Origin: the human T2T-CHM13v2.0 reference genome, Homo sapiens
NCBI RefSeq assembly: GCF_009914755.1
Contig: NC_060941.1
DNA length: 64,000 bases
Strand: one strand, 5' to 3'
How positions within the stretch are numbered: the first letter of the stretch is position 1; each line of letters begins with the position of its first letter. The notes beneath the pieces were generated by a model that saw nothing but the letters and a program-made list of their open reading frames with translations, searched no databases and was not told where the DNA came from. Shown one piece after another: positions 1-15,812 of this stretch. The position numbers were made by a program, and so were the translations under genes.

Positions 1-354
<354 letters not shown>

Positions 355-737
355 TGATTGCTTCAAGGGTCCCTTTCACAACTACTGGAGAGCTCCACAG
401 CTCTCATTAGTGACAACCTTCATCAGCCTCCAAACAAAGAGGGTCACTAGAGGCCCTCAGGGGAAGCCTCACTACACCAGCGGAGATGTGATGGAGCGGG
501 TCCATGCCTGGAGAACAGTGTGAACCGGATCCATGGCTGCCAATTCTCAGTCCATACCTAAGTACCAGCCCCTGACAAGTACCAACTGATGTGTAGGAAA
601 CGATACACACACATCAGTAGATGTTGGCATAAAGTTACCAACTGTCCTTTCTTAGGAAATACTGTCTATTATCCTGAGACTTGGGGTGCTCAAAGCTCCT
701 TTCTTTTATGAAATTATGGTGACAATGGATTGTTGAA

Positions 738-2295
<1,558 letters not shown>

Positions 2296-3620
2296 CTTGG
2301 TTCAGACATATTTGACTTTGGCAAAGAAAACTGAAAAGCTAAAAAAAATGTGCCTACTTGGTAGAATAAAAGGCTGATCACTGTATCTGTCCTTGCCAAT
2401 CTAAAAAATTTATTGGTACATGAAATCAACCGATTCCAGCAGTCTCCCCTTTCCAAGGCTAAGCAGCTTTGAGCTCTATTTTTCAAGATGTCAAGCAAAG
2501 GTAGCCTTTCACCTCACTTGAGTGCAAATTTATCTTACTCATGGATTTTGGAGGTTGCCAACTCAGTAGTTTTTTTTCTCCCTCAACTACTCTCAAACAG
2601 TACTATCTTCTGAAAGCCAATGATATGCACATAGTTCTCAAAAGGAGGCTGTCCAAAGCTTACAGGCTTATCAAGTGGAATCTTTTTTGACATGAGGCCT
2701 CACTCTGTCCCTGAGGCTGGTGTGCAGTGGTACCATCTCGGCTCACTGCAGCCTCAACTTCCTACGTTCAAGCGATCCTACCCCCTCAGCCTCTGGAGTA
2801 GCTGGGTCTACAGTCGTGCACAACCACACCCAGCTGATTTTTTATTTTTGGTGGAGATATCCTTTTTGTAGGCCTCCCTATGTTGCTCAGGCTGGTCTCA
2901 AACTCCTGGGCTCAATCGATCACCCACCTTGGCTTCCCAAAGTGCTGAGATTAGAGGCATGAACCACGATGCCTGGCCTGGAATCTTTAAATATTAATAA
3001 TTCAAAAACCAAGAAGGGAAGCCCCAGCAACTTTAGATGGCTATAAATAATTAGGCACTCAATCAGGATTGAGTGCTTAGAAATCTTGGAGTTTGTTTTA
3101 ACACAATGTGCTTTCCTGGAAATCATATAACAAGATAGTAAATGCTACCCTCACTCAGACCTGAGGAACCATATTTAAGATGGTTCCTCTTGCAATAAAC
3201 GTGCTGGCCAGCCACCCAAATTCTGCCTTAGCAAAGTCATGATGGGGTGCGGGGATACGGCTGAGATGACACCCAGATACAAATCTATAGACATTATGAA
3301 ACAATTTCCTTTCCTGCCTCTTGCGTATATCTGCCTCCCTCCTCTCGCCCCAGCTACTTCTCTAGCACTCTAAACTCTAGCTCAGGCTTGAGCAAACCGG
3401 GCTGGATTAGCAGCTGACTCCTACAGTCATAGCACTGCACAGAGAGAACCCAGACACTTCCTATCAGGACCACAAGGCAGAGATCTGCTCTGTCCAGCTC
3501 TGGAATTGACTGGACTGGCTCATGACTGTCAACCTATTTCTGAGAACATAAAAAGGTCCCTTTCAGACTGCCACCAATTCAGAGGGCTAGAATTTTAGAT
3601 AAAAACAGTATATCCAGTAA

Positions 3621-3809
<189 letters not shown>

Positions 3810-4513
3810 TAGAGATAGCAATCCTCAAGCAATCCTCCTACCTCAGCCTCTGGAGTAGCTGGGACTGCAGGCGTGCGCCACCACACCCAGCTAATTAATT
3901 AATTATTGTAGGTCTCCCTGTGTTGCCCAGGCTGCTCTCGAACTCCTGGGCTCAATCAATCACCTGCCTTGGCCTCCCAAAGTGCTGGGATTAGAGTTGT
4001 AAGCCACCATGCCTAGCCCAGAATCGTTAAGAATTAATAATTCAAAAACCAAGGGAGGGAAACCCCAGTAACCTTAGATGGGTTTATCACGTTGCCCAGG
4101 CTTGTCTCAAACACCTGGACTCAAGTGATCCTCCTGGCTAAGCCTTCCAAAGCACTGGGATTACAAACGTGAGCCACCATGCCCGGCCTGTAGACACCTT
4201 TTTTCAAAGTTTGACTAAGGCAACCAAAAGGGATCAGAATGGATCGGTCTTCCCATGCTGTTTCACTGCTCTTCAGCAGCCCATGTCCACCATCCAGATG
4301 AAGGTAGAAGCAGCCCAATTCCTCCAGCCAAGCCAAATTGAGCTAAATTCTAGTCTTCCCTGTGCGTCTAGCTTAATGTCAGAAGTTTCATGGCAATAAT
4401 CTTCACTGGGATCTATGATTTTATATTACCAGAAAAGATGAATCCGTTTCTATCCAACATAAGCATATACTTATACATTCTGGGTAGTGCTGGCTGCTTG
4501 AAATAAACTCTGA

Positions 4514-4765
<252 letters not shown>

Positions 4766-4792
4766 TAGTAGAGACGGGGTTTCACCATGTTA

Positions 4793-4987
<195 letters not shown>

Positions 4988-5599
4988 TTAAAACAGTCTG
5001 TGTCAAAAACAGTCTCACTCTGACCTGACCAGCTTAGATGACTAGCTCAAGAATAGTCAAGCTTGCTTGGGCTCCATGAAGTCCCCCAGAGCGGAAAAGC
5101 CCTTGAAATTCTAGGGAATGATCTTTGAGGTCATGGGAGCAGGATCTCTCCACCAAGGTCACCAATGCCAGATGCCCTTGGGGTGTCCATAGCTGTGAGA
5201 AGTCAGGCAAACCCCAGGACACATTGATATGGACTGCTAAACATGCCTACAGCCTCCTACCTGCTGGGTCACCGGCCTGTGGTGCTCAGGGATAGCTCGT
5301 CATCTCTTCCCAAGCCATGATGCCTTTCCCTGACACTTTATCCCCAGCCCCTCCCTACAATCCCCCCATCCAACAAAAATCAACCTAGATGAAGTGATAG
5401 ACCTTTGTCCTCCAGCCAGAGGACATCGTAGCCCCTCATCTCTCCTCAATTTTCAGGAGAGGAAAAAGGAGTCTGTCCACGTCATGCTTCTGGGCAGTCA
5501 ATCCTGAAATTCCTTAGGTTGTTTGGCCCAGGACTGCCCTGCCAGAATAGTGAACACCGCTGCCTGTGCTCTGAGAGATGCCTTCTACTCCAAATACAC

Positions 5600-6340
5600 T
5601 GCTTATTCATTGAGTCAACCAATAAACATTTGAGAACCCATCATGTGCCAGACAGTAACTAGGCACGGGGGATATGGGAGTGAATGAGACAAAGTCCCCA
5701 CTTAAGGCACCACACAGCCTAGTGGAGATGGGGAAAATGACAAACACAGACCCCACTACATAAGTCATTTCACCAAAGGAAATAAAGCGGAGCAACAAGA
5801 CAGAGAGAAATTGGAGGTGGGCTGCAGGGGCCACTGCCCCCTAAGTGGCCAAGGAAGGCCTCTTCTAAGAGGTAACATTTAAGCTGAAATGTGATGATAA
5901 AAAGGAGCTAACTATTCACCAGTCTGCGGGAAGAGCATTCTGGAAAGGAGGAATAGCAAATGCCAAGGCCCTAAGAAGGGAGCAAGCCTTATCTTGTTAG
6001 AAGGACAGAAGAAAAGCTGGTGTGCATGGAGCAGAGCCTTTGAGAGGGAGGGTGGATGGAGTTGGGGGTGAAGGGGCAGCCAGCAGCCCATGGATCCCCT
6101 GAGAACTTGCAGGCTGGGAGAGAAACCATCAGAAGGCTATAAGCAGGGAGTAATCAGGTCTGTGCTTGGAAAAGATCACTCTGGTTGCTGGGACGAGAAT
6201 GGACTCCATGGCAGAGAATGAAAGAGGAAGACCAGGCAGGGAATGGTTGCTTGGACTAGCAATCATTGTGGGCTTGGTAACCACAGAGATGATGAGACGT
6301 GGTGGGGTTCAGGGTACTTTCTGGAAGGAAGGCTGTCAGA
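5600..6340. mobile_element. L2 LINE remnant
   Basis: CATTCATT-like end, TGTGCCAGACAGT..., GAAAAGATCACTCTGG typical of the L2 3' region. Confidence 0.65.
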
Positions 6341-6769
6341 TTGCTAAAATAAAGATAATAACTCTGTCTGGGTGTGGTGGCTCACACCTATAATCCCAGC
6401 ACTTTGGGAGGTCGAGATAGGCAGATCACTTGAGGCCAGGAGTTCGAGACCAGCCTGGCCAACAAGGTAAAATCCCATCTCTACTAAAAACATGAAAATT
6501 AGCCAGGCATGGTGGCAGGCACCTGTAGTTTCAGCTACTTGGGAGACTGAGGCAAGAGAATTGCTTGAACCCGGGAATCAGAGGTTGCAGTGAGCCGAGA
6601 TCTCACCACTGCACTCCAGCCTGGGGAACAGAGTGAGACTCTTTCTCAAAAAAAAAAAAGATAGTCCAGCATCTGTAAATGAGCATGATCCCTGTGTGAG
6701 CAGCAGTGTATGTGTATACACACACACACACATGCAGACACATGCACATACACACTATCCTCCTTATAC

Positions 6770-6980
6770 AAACAGTGCAGACTCCAGGCTCTGGAGTCAA
6801 ATGTGTTCAAATTCCAACTCATCTGCTTACTTGCCATTAAACTTGGTTCAAGTCACTGAACCTCTCCATCCCTAGGGTTCTCTGTCTGTAAAAAGGGGAC
6901 AGTAATAGAAGTGCCTCATGGTTGTCATGAGGATTAAATTAGTTACTACATGGGAAGCATCTAAGGAAGGGCAACTGCCA
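6770..6980. mobile_element. MIR
   Basis: MIR core: CTTGG..AAGTCACTGAACCTCTC...TCTGTAAAA..GGG...GTGAGGATTAAAT-like. Confidence 0.7.
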
Positions 6981-6985
6981 CATAC

Positions 6986-7462
6986 CGTATGAGTTTCCTG
7001 TTGCTGCTGTAACAAATTAGCACCAATTTCGTGGCTCATTAAAAACAACACAAATTTATTCTCCTGCAATTCTGGAGGCCAGGAGCTCAAGATCAGTTTC
7101 AATGGGCTCAAGTCAAGGCGTGGGCAGGGCTGGTTTCTTTTGGAGGCTCCAGGCAGGGGAATCCATTCCTTTCCCTTTCTGGCATCTGAAGGCTGCGGCA
7201 TTCATGGCCCCTGCTCACGTCACACCCACGTCCACTTCCATCATCACTTTGTCTCTACCTCTTTGACCTTCTGGCCTCTTTCTTATGAGGACCCTTGTGG
7301 TGATATTTTGGGCCCACCTGAATCAGCAAGAATAACCTCTCTATCTCAAAGTCCTTAACTTACATACATCTGCACTGTCCCTTTCTGCCACAGAAGGTAA
7401 CAGTCACAAGTTCTGAGGATTAGGACACAGATATCTTTGGGGGCCATTATTCAGCCCATAAC
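6986..7462 (-). mobile_element. MLT1-family (MaLR) solo LTR in the CD300LF 3' UTR, same orientation as the gene
   Basis: Minus strand reads CCTCCAGAATTGCAGGAGAATAAATTTGTG...TTTGTTACAGCAGCAACAGGAAACTCATAC, the MLT1 3' end. Confidence 0.8.
7055..7060 (-). terminator. Probable CD300LF poly(A) signal AATAAA inside an MLT1 LTR
   Basis: First minus-strand AATAAA I found downstream of the stop codon, followed by a GT/T-rich tract (AATAAATTTGTGTTGTTTTT). Confidence 0.7.
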
Positions 7463-7814
7463 ATGTGGTAGGCAATAAATAAAGGTTCATTGTATTATGA
7501 TAATGGTACTTCATGATAATAATGATAACATTTTTCTCATTATCATCTTCATCATTCCCATGAAAGCCCCAGAGCATATCCCTAGCCCCCTCCTCAACTA
7601 TGTAGGAGAGGAGGGGACGTTTAGAAAACCCCAACTCCTAGAAGCCCCCTGAGACTTGGCCCCAAGCCCAACCCAGAGCTAGGGGCAATGCTGGCTGATC
7701 AGGCAGAGGCACCAGTCCCCGGGTTGGTCCTGATGAGGGGAGCAGGGGGCAGACGGTCGATGAGGCAGGAGTGTGCTCACAGCCTGGGGTCCAAGAAGGA
7801 GCCTGGAGTGCAGG

Positions 7815-7970
7815 CTAAGGCCTGCTGATGGTGCTGTATTCCGTGGGCTCCTCAGGGCCCCTGCCGGGGAGGTGGCTACTGAGGTGGCCCATGTTGCAGT
7901 AGGTCGGTTCCTGATCCTCAGCACCCAAGGTCAGAGATGCATAGGAAATGTCCTCCTTCGGCAAGGAAGC
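7815..7970 (-). CDS. CD300LF: CD300LF exon 7, cytoplasmic tail (ITIM ISYASL, YCNM, ITSM TEYSTI) to TAG stop
   Basis: ASLPKEDISYASLTLGAEDQEPTYCNMGHLSSHLPGRGPEEPTEYSTISRP*; spliced total 873 nt = 290 aa. Confidence 0.97.
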   Translation of the reverse strand, partial: ASLPKEDISYASLTLGAEDQEPTYCNMGHLSSHLPGRGPEEPTEYSTISRP

Positions 7971-8443
7971 CTGCAGCAAAGGCGGGCTCCAGGTCAGAGA
8001 GGACGGCAGGAAGTGACGGTCACGGGGCAGAGGAGCCCTCGGAGGAGGATAGTGGGGATGGACCATTCAGGGCTTCTAATCCCACTCAAGCCCTCCAGCT
8101 TCCCCCTTCACTCTGCCAAGCACCCTGAGCTTCAACCACAACAGAACAGATTCTCCCCCAACCCTGCACCAGTGCAGCACATTTCCTGTGGAATCCCAAG
8201 TCACTCAGCCTGTCTGGGACTCTGCTGCCCACGTGGGGACTGTGTTTGCCAGTCCCTGTGTCCCCAGGACTGAGACTTGCCTGTGGGAGCTCCTAGGCGA
8301 GTCCTGCAGTGACTATGGCTTTGCCCCACACCTGCCTCCTCTATGCCCACATGAGCAGGAGAAAGCCCACCCTCCAACGGGGTGCAACGGCAGGCCTGTG
8401 TCCCCCTGCCCCAGCCTCACAGCAGCCCCCATGGAGGACGCAC

Positions 8444-8578
8444 CATGGTGACATATTCCACTTCCACCTGGTCAACCTGGGCAGAGGAAAGCTTCGTGGT
8501 AGCCTTTCGCGGGGAGGTTCCGGCCAGCTGCAGGGTCAGGTCTGCATAGCAGAGGTCGCCCTCCAGGGGCTGCAGTAC
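8444..8578 (-). CDS. CD300LF: CD300LF exon 6, cytoplasmic (ITIM LCYADL Y205; YVTM Y236)
   Basis: VLQPLEGDLCYADLTLQLAGTSPRKATTKLSSAQVDQVEVEYVTM; 135 nt; AG/GT boundaries. Confidence 0.96.
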
Positions 8579-8913
8579 CTGGGACAGGGAACACAGGCTG
8601 GGGAGTCACAAGATCTGTCTGTGGACACAGGTTCCTTTTCCACGGTGGGACGGGACGAGAGCCTCTCCACTTCCCCAGGTGCCCCTCTCCCATTTCCCTC
8701 CGTGTCCTCCACTTCTCAGGCTCCTGTACCCCTCAGCCCTTGTCCCCCTGGCTGTTTCCAGGCCCTCAGCCCCCAGGCCCTGCAGGGTGCCATGAGGACA
8801 GGATACTTTGGCACAGGACTTCTCTGATATTTTGGACCTTCTGAGAGATGGAAAATGAGGAAGGGGAAAGAAGCTGCCTGGTCTCTCTGGTCCGACCTTG
8901 GGGGCTATCTTAC

Positions 8914-8936
8914 CTGCTCTGGGGACATCCCGGCTG
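8914..8936 (-). CDS. CD300LF: CD300LF exon 5, 23-nt micro-exon (AAGMSPEQ)
   Basis: Acceptor TCTTTTAG, donor CAG|GTAAGA; restores phase between exons 4 and 6. Confidence 0.93.
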
Positions 8937-9622
8937 CTAAAAGACAAACAACAATTCAGAATTAGAAAGCCCATTCCCCAGACTCACAAGAACCCCCAGG
9001 TCTAGGGAAGAGAAATATGGAAGAAAAGAGGTGAATTGGGTCCAGGCTCAGAGACAGGGACCTGGTTCTAATTCTGATTCCTCAGATGACACAGTCTGTG
9101 ACATTCGTCATGTCACCTCTCTGACCTTTCACTTCTCCACCAGGAAAAGAGGGACACCCCAGCCCCCTGCTCCCCACATCATAGAACTGTGCACTCAGCT
9201 GATCGGGTGGCCCTGCCAGCCATCGGCTCCCCTGGGAGTAAGTTTGCTTCTGCAGAATCCCAACTCGGCCTGGAATTCCACCATGTCTCTCTACCTGATT
9301 CATCCTTCAGGGGTCAATTCAAAGTCATGCCTGCCTTCTGCAGCTACCCAGGCTGTCTAATCCCCCTCCCGGGCCCCCGGGGGGCACTTGCTCTATGTCT
9401 GTCTCATCATCTTCGTCCTACTGAATTCTAGTTAGTCCTCAGGTGGGCTGTAAGCTGCAGGGTGGCTGGGCCTGTCCCTTCCTTACAACCTGGGTGCTTG
9501 GCTGTGCTGAGCAGGTGGTGCTCCATCAGTAAAAGTTGTCTGCAGAGACAGGAATGCACCAAGCTGTCCCCCAACCCCGAGTAGAATGTGCAAGCTGGGT
9601 CGGCACAGTAGGGACCGATTTT

Positions 9623-9677
9623 GTTTGGTTTGGTTTGGTTTGGTTTGGTTTGGTTTGGTTTGGTTTGGTTTGGTTTT
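9623..9677 (+). repeat. (GTTTG)n pentanucleotide microsatellite (Alu tail)
   Basis: Directly visible. Confidence 0.9.
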
Positions 9678-11087
9678 GAGATGGAGTTTCTCTCTTGTCA
9701 CCCATGCCGGAGGGCAATGGCACCATCTTGGCTCACTGCAACCTCCACCTCCTGGGTTCAAGCGATTCTCCTGCCTTAGCCTCCTGAGTAGCTGGAACTA
9801 CAGATGTGTGCCACCATATCCAGCTAATTTTTTTGCATTTTTAGTAGAGAAGGGGTTTCACCATGTTGGCCAGGCTGGTCTCGAACTCCTGACCTCAAGT
9901 GATCCACCCGCCTCAACCTCCCTAAGTGCGGAGATTATAGGCATGAGCCACGACACCCAGAGATTGGATTGGATTGTTTTTCCACTGGGACCGATTTTCA
10001 GGTGGTTGCTGGTCCCTGTCTTCTTTCTCCCCTCCCCAGCCACCAGCCCCACATCCCTGCCCTAGGGACAACAAAGAAATGGGGGGTTTTCCCCTGGTTT
10101 CAAAAGTCTAGATGCTGGAGAACACAGAAAGCACTTAGACCTTAGGCCGTGGGCAATACATTTGGGAGAAAAAGCGATGAATAAAAGTCAGGCTCTAATT
10201 TTGAAAAAGCATCACAGAAAACAAACTAACAGAGAGTCAGGCTCCCCTCTTCCCAGGCGAAAGATTTCCCAGGCTGTGGGGAGGGAGAAGTGTTGGAGGG
10301 AACCCTGTGAGAGTTAGGACCCAGCTGTTCTAGAAGAGAAAGAGGTACAATTGTGTGAGAATGTGGAAGTGAAGCCACATTCTCACACAACTGGGGTTTT
10401 GTTGAGGCCAGGCCTCATGATCTGTGAGTGTAGACTCCTGCGCCAAGAGGCTCCTCCCTGAAGAGCTAGTTCACAAAGGGCAAGTAGGTCAGCCTGGGAA
10501 AGTCCAGTGGGCAAGGGAGGGACAGAAGGAAAGGCCATTCCAATTTCCTGATCAGACTTGGAGGGCTGTGTGTGTGTGTGCATGCTTGTGTAATGTGATG
10601 AGTGCACATGCACTGTGGGATCCATGCAGTGTGTGTGCCCATGATCGCGCATGTGTGTGTGCATCCACTGGTGTGTTTGTGTCTGTTTCTCCCTCCCCAT
10701 TCCATGTCAGCTCAGTACCTCCTTGACAACCACATAGACCCAACTCTAGCGTCTAGTCTAGACACCCCAGACTGGACCACCCACCTAAGACCATTGCCAC
10801 CTATGCCATCAAGAGTCAATCCAGGAAAGAGACAGGGAGGTGGATCAGAGAGAAGAGAAGGGGAAGGACGGAGGTGCAGGGCAGGCGGCGAATGCCAAAA
10901 CCTCCTGGGGCTCCCCTGCAAGCTCCAGGGCGCCCCCCGGTCCCCTGGCACTGCCAGCTGCTGAGGGCCTTTGGGACTGTGCCATTTCCTGATTGTGTGG
11001 GTAATCCCTTGGACCAGATAGCTCCCAGATGCCACATCCCCAGCCACCCGGCCCAGTCTCAGCCCAGCCTCACCCAGGTCCTCTCAC

Positions 11088-11200
11088 CTTTCTGCTGGTA
11101 CTTCATCATCCTCCAAGCCAAGAGTGAGGCGGCCACCAAAAGCAGCAGCAATATGGTGAAGATGAGGGGCAGGAGGACACTGAGCTTCAGGAGCTTGTGC
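11088..11200 (-). CDS. CD300LF: CD300LF exon 4, transmembrane segment
   Basis: HKLLKLSVLLPLIFTILLLLLVAASLLAWRMMKYQQK; acceptor TTTCTAG, donor GTGAGA; 113 nt. Confidence 0.96.
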
Positions 11201-11364
11201 CTAGAAACAATGGCAAGCGTCCCCTGCATCCCAGGCTCACCACCTGCCTCTCAGCCCAATCCCACCCACCCAGCAGCAGGGGAGGGCCACACACCTGATG
11301 AGCTGCAGGTCTGTAGTTTGCAGCCTGGGAACCCTCACTCCTGGGGATCCTCAAAGATGGGTTT

Positions 11365-11916
<552 letters not shown>

Positions 11917-12064
11917 TGAGCCACAGCGCCCGGCCTTAACAAAAGATAGTTTTTAAAAGGAGAAAAGGGTTCCATGAGGTGGTTTTAATGTGTCTAGAAG
12001 CCTAACAGAAATTGTAGGGCAGCAGACTCCTAAAACACCTCCTGCCTCTACACCTGCCCTCTCT

Positions 12065-12485
12065 ACTGGGTTGAATAGCGTCCTCTTCCCCTCGAATTCA
12101 CATCCACTCAGACCCGTGAATGTGACCTATTTGTGGATGTAATCAAGTTAAGATGAGGTCATAGTTGATTAGCATGGGCCCTGATCCAGCGACTGGTGTC
12201 CTTACAAGAGGGAAATTTGGACACATAAACACACACAGGAAGAAGACCATGAGACGACAGAGACAGGGATCAGAGTGATGCCGCCACAAGACCGGGAACA
12301 CAAAGGATCGCAGGCGCCCACCAGCAGCTGGAACAGAGGCATGAGACAGACTCTCCCTTTGAGCCCCCAGGGTGGCAACAGCCCTGGTGACACCTTGATT
12401 TCCAATTCCTGGCCTCCTTAGCTGTGAGAGAACGTATTTCTTTTGCTTTGAGCCACTCGTAACGGCGGCCACAGGACACTGACAG
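12065..12485 (+). mobile_element. MLT1-family LTR
   Basis: GGGTTGAATAG...GAATGTGACCT...GGCCTCC...CTGTGAGAGAA...AGCCAC. Confidence 0.7.
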
Positions 12486-12564
12486 GCCCTACTGTAGTGG
12501 ATCATTGCCACAGCAGCCGGGGGGCCTGTGAACCAAACGTCAAAGCACACCCCTCTCTTTCTCA

Positions 12565-12992
<428 letters not shown>

Positions 12993-13294
12993 CTACGACT
13001 CACCCCTGCCTGCTTCACTCCAGCCTCACTTCCTGCTGCTCCTCAAATATTCCAGGCACATCCCCACATTACGGACCTTATTCCAGTTGCATTTTTCTCC
13101 AGGAACATGCTCCCTCCAGAGCTCTGTGTGGCTCACTTTCTCACCTCTTCCAGTCTTTGCTCAAGAATCACTCGACTGAGCGCGGTGGCTTACACCTGTA
13201 ATCCCAGCACTTTGGGAGGCCGAGGCAGGCTGATCACATGAGGTCGGGAGTTCGAGACCAGCCTGGCCAACATGGCAAAACCCCATCTCTACTA

Positions 13295-13885
<591 letters not shown>

Positions 13886-14352
13886 AGGATTATCTCCTTC
13901 ATCACTGGATGTGCAGAAATTTGAGAAAGAAATTCATCAGTCAATTAATTGTGTCAACCCTATTTGGTTACACTAATTAGCTCTAGATTGTAAGTACCTC
14001 GAGGGCAGGCATTTTGATTATTTGGTCCATTCTTGTACCCTTTTTAATTCCCTTAAACAGTGACAGGCTAGAGTGAGTGCTCAAGAGTTATGTGTTAAAT
14101 AAATGAGTGAACAAACCATCTCATGCTAATCAAAGGCCCTAATCGGGCACTTACATAAGGCTTCGATTCATAAAATAATAAATAAATAAATAACCTTAAC
14201 TATTACTTATTCAAAGCAGTTTGGTAGAAAATAAACTTTCAAATCAGAGGGTATCCTGTATTGATTTGCTTAGGAAAAAGAAAAATAGGGACAAAGCAAG
14301 GTGGCTTATGCTTTTAATCTCAGCACTTTGGGAGGCTGAGGTGGGCAAATCA

Positions 14353-14559
<207 letters not shown>

Positions 14560-15748
14560 TCAAAAAAAAAAAAAAAAAAACAATTAGCTGGGTGTGGTGG
14601 TGGGCGACTATAGTTCCCCCAGCTACTCAGGAGACTGAGGCATGAGAATTGCTTGAACATGAGAGGCAGAGGTTGCAGTGAGCCAAGATGGCACCATGCA
14701 CTCAAGTCTGAGCTACAGAGCAAGACTGTCTAAAAATAAAAAAAAAGAAAACTTTAAAAAGTTTAATTTAAAAAAAAAACAGAAGGCAAATGGGAGAGGG
14801 GGAGTAGAAGGGTCTCAGGTGGTTAGAATACCGGGGACCTCCCATAGGGATTTTGTGGCAAGGTCCCAGCAAAAGGAGAACTTGGCACTTGGCAGATCTA
14901 AAAACAAAGTCAAGAGGGCCAAGGAGAGTGAAAGGAAGAAATTAAAGGGGACGTTCCTCTTCTAGAAAGCCCAGCTGACTGCAGATGGTTGGGCAGGGCA
15001 CTAAGAGGCATGACCTGAGCTATGGTGTAGAGCCCAGAGACTTCCATCCAAGCTCCAGCACCACCCTTCACTGAGGAAGGGACTGAGGCTCAGTTTCTTC
15101 TTCTGTAAAATGGGAACATTTGTATCTGCCCATTCTTCCACATGGGGTGGTTGTAGGAAAGGTCAAAGAAAACAAAATAATGCACAGGAAAGCCTTTTGT
15201 GAGCTGTCAGTTGCTCTAGAGATGTGAGAAACTATAGGCATCACTGTTCTTGCCATAATAGTAATCAGAGGAAAATTAAGGGAAACAGGACTTCCCCAAG
15301 CCCTCCTTTCCTTGTCCTCCCAGAAGTTGAACCAAGAGTCATCCCTGCGGCTCCATGACCCCACGCCCACACTCACATGAGACACACTGTCCTCACTGAC
15401 TGCCAACTCATCGGTCTCCCACACTGAGCTCCACGGGGACAGTCCATGTCTGTGTCCCCAGAGCTCAGCACGGTGCAGCCATGTAGAAGTTATTATAACA
15501 CAGTAAAAGTGGGGCGAACGAATGAATGAACCTACAAACAGCACTGAGCTGCAGAATGAAGGATCTGTGGAGACTGAAAGGACACCATGTGGCCTGACAG
15601 CAAGTGGGAAGGGCTCCCAGCTTCCTCATCCTCACCAAGGAGCATGCAGGTCCCAGACAAAGCTCAGGCTGGAAAATGGGACTTCAAAGAGTTCTCCATT
15701 GGAGGAGTTTGGGCCAAGTAGGCCACAGTGGAACCAGAGCTGGCTTAC

Positions 15749-15812
15749 CTGTTGTCCAAGTGGTGGCCGGTCAGAGTTGGGGAGCTGCTAGTTTCTTCTT
15801 GGGTGACTGGTG
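15749..15812 (-). CDS. CD300LF: CD300LF exon 3, stalk (APVTQEETSSSPTLTGHHLDNR)
   Basis: Acceptor TTTACAG, donor GTAAGC; 64 nt, phase 1 to 2. Confidence 0.95.
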
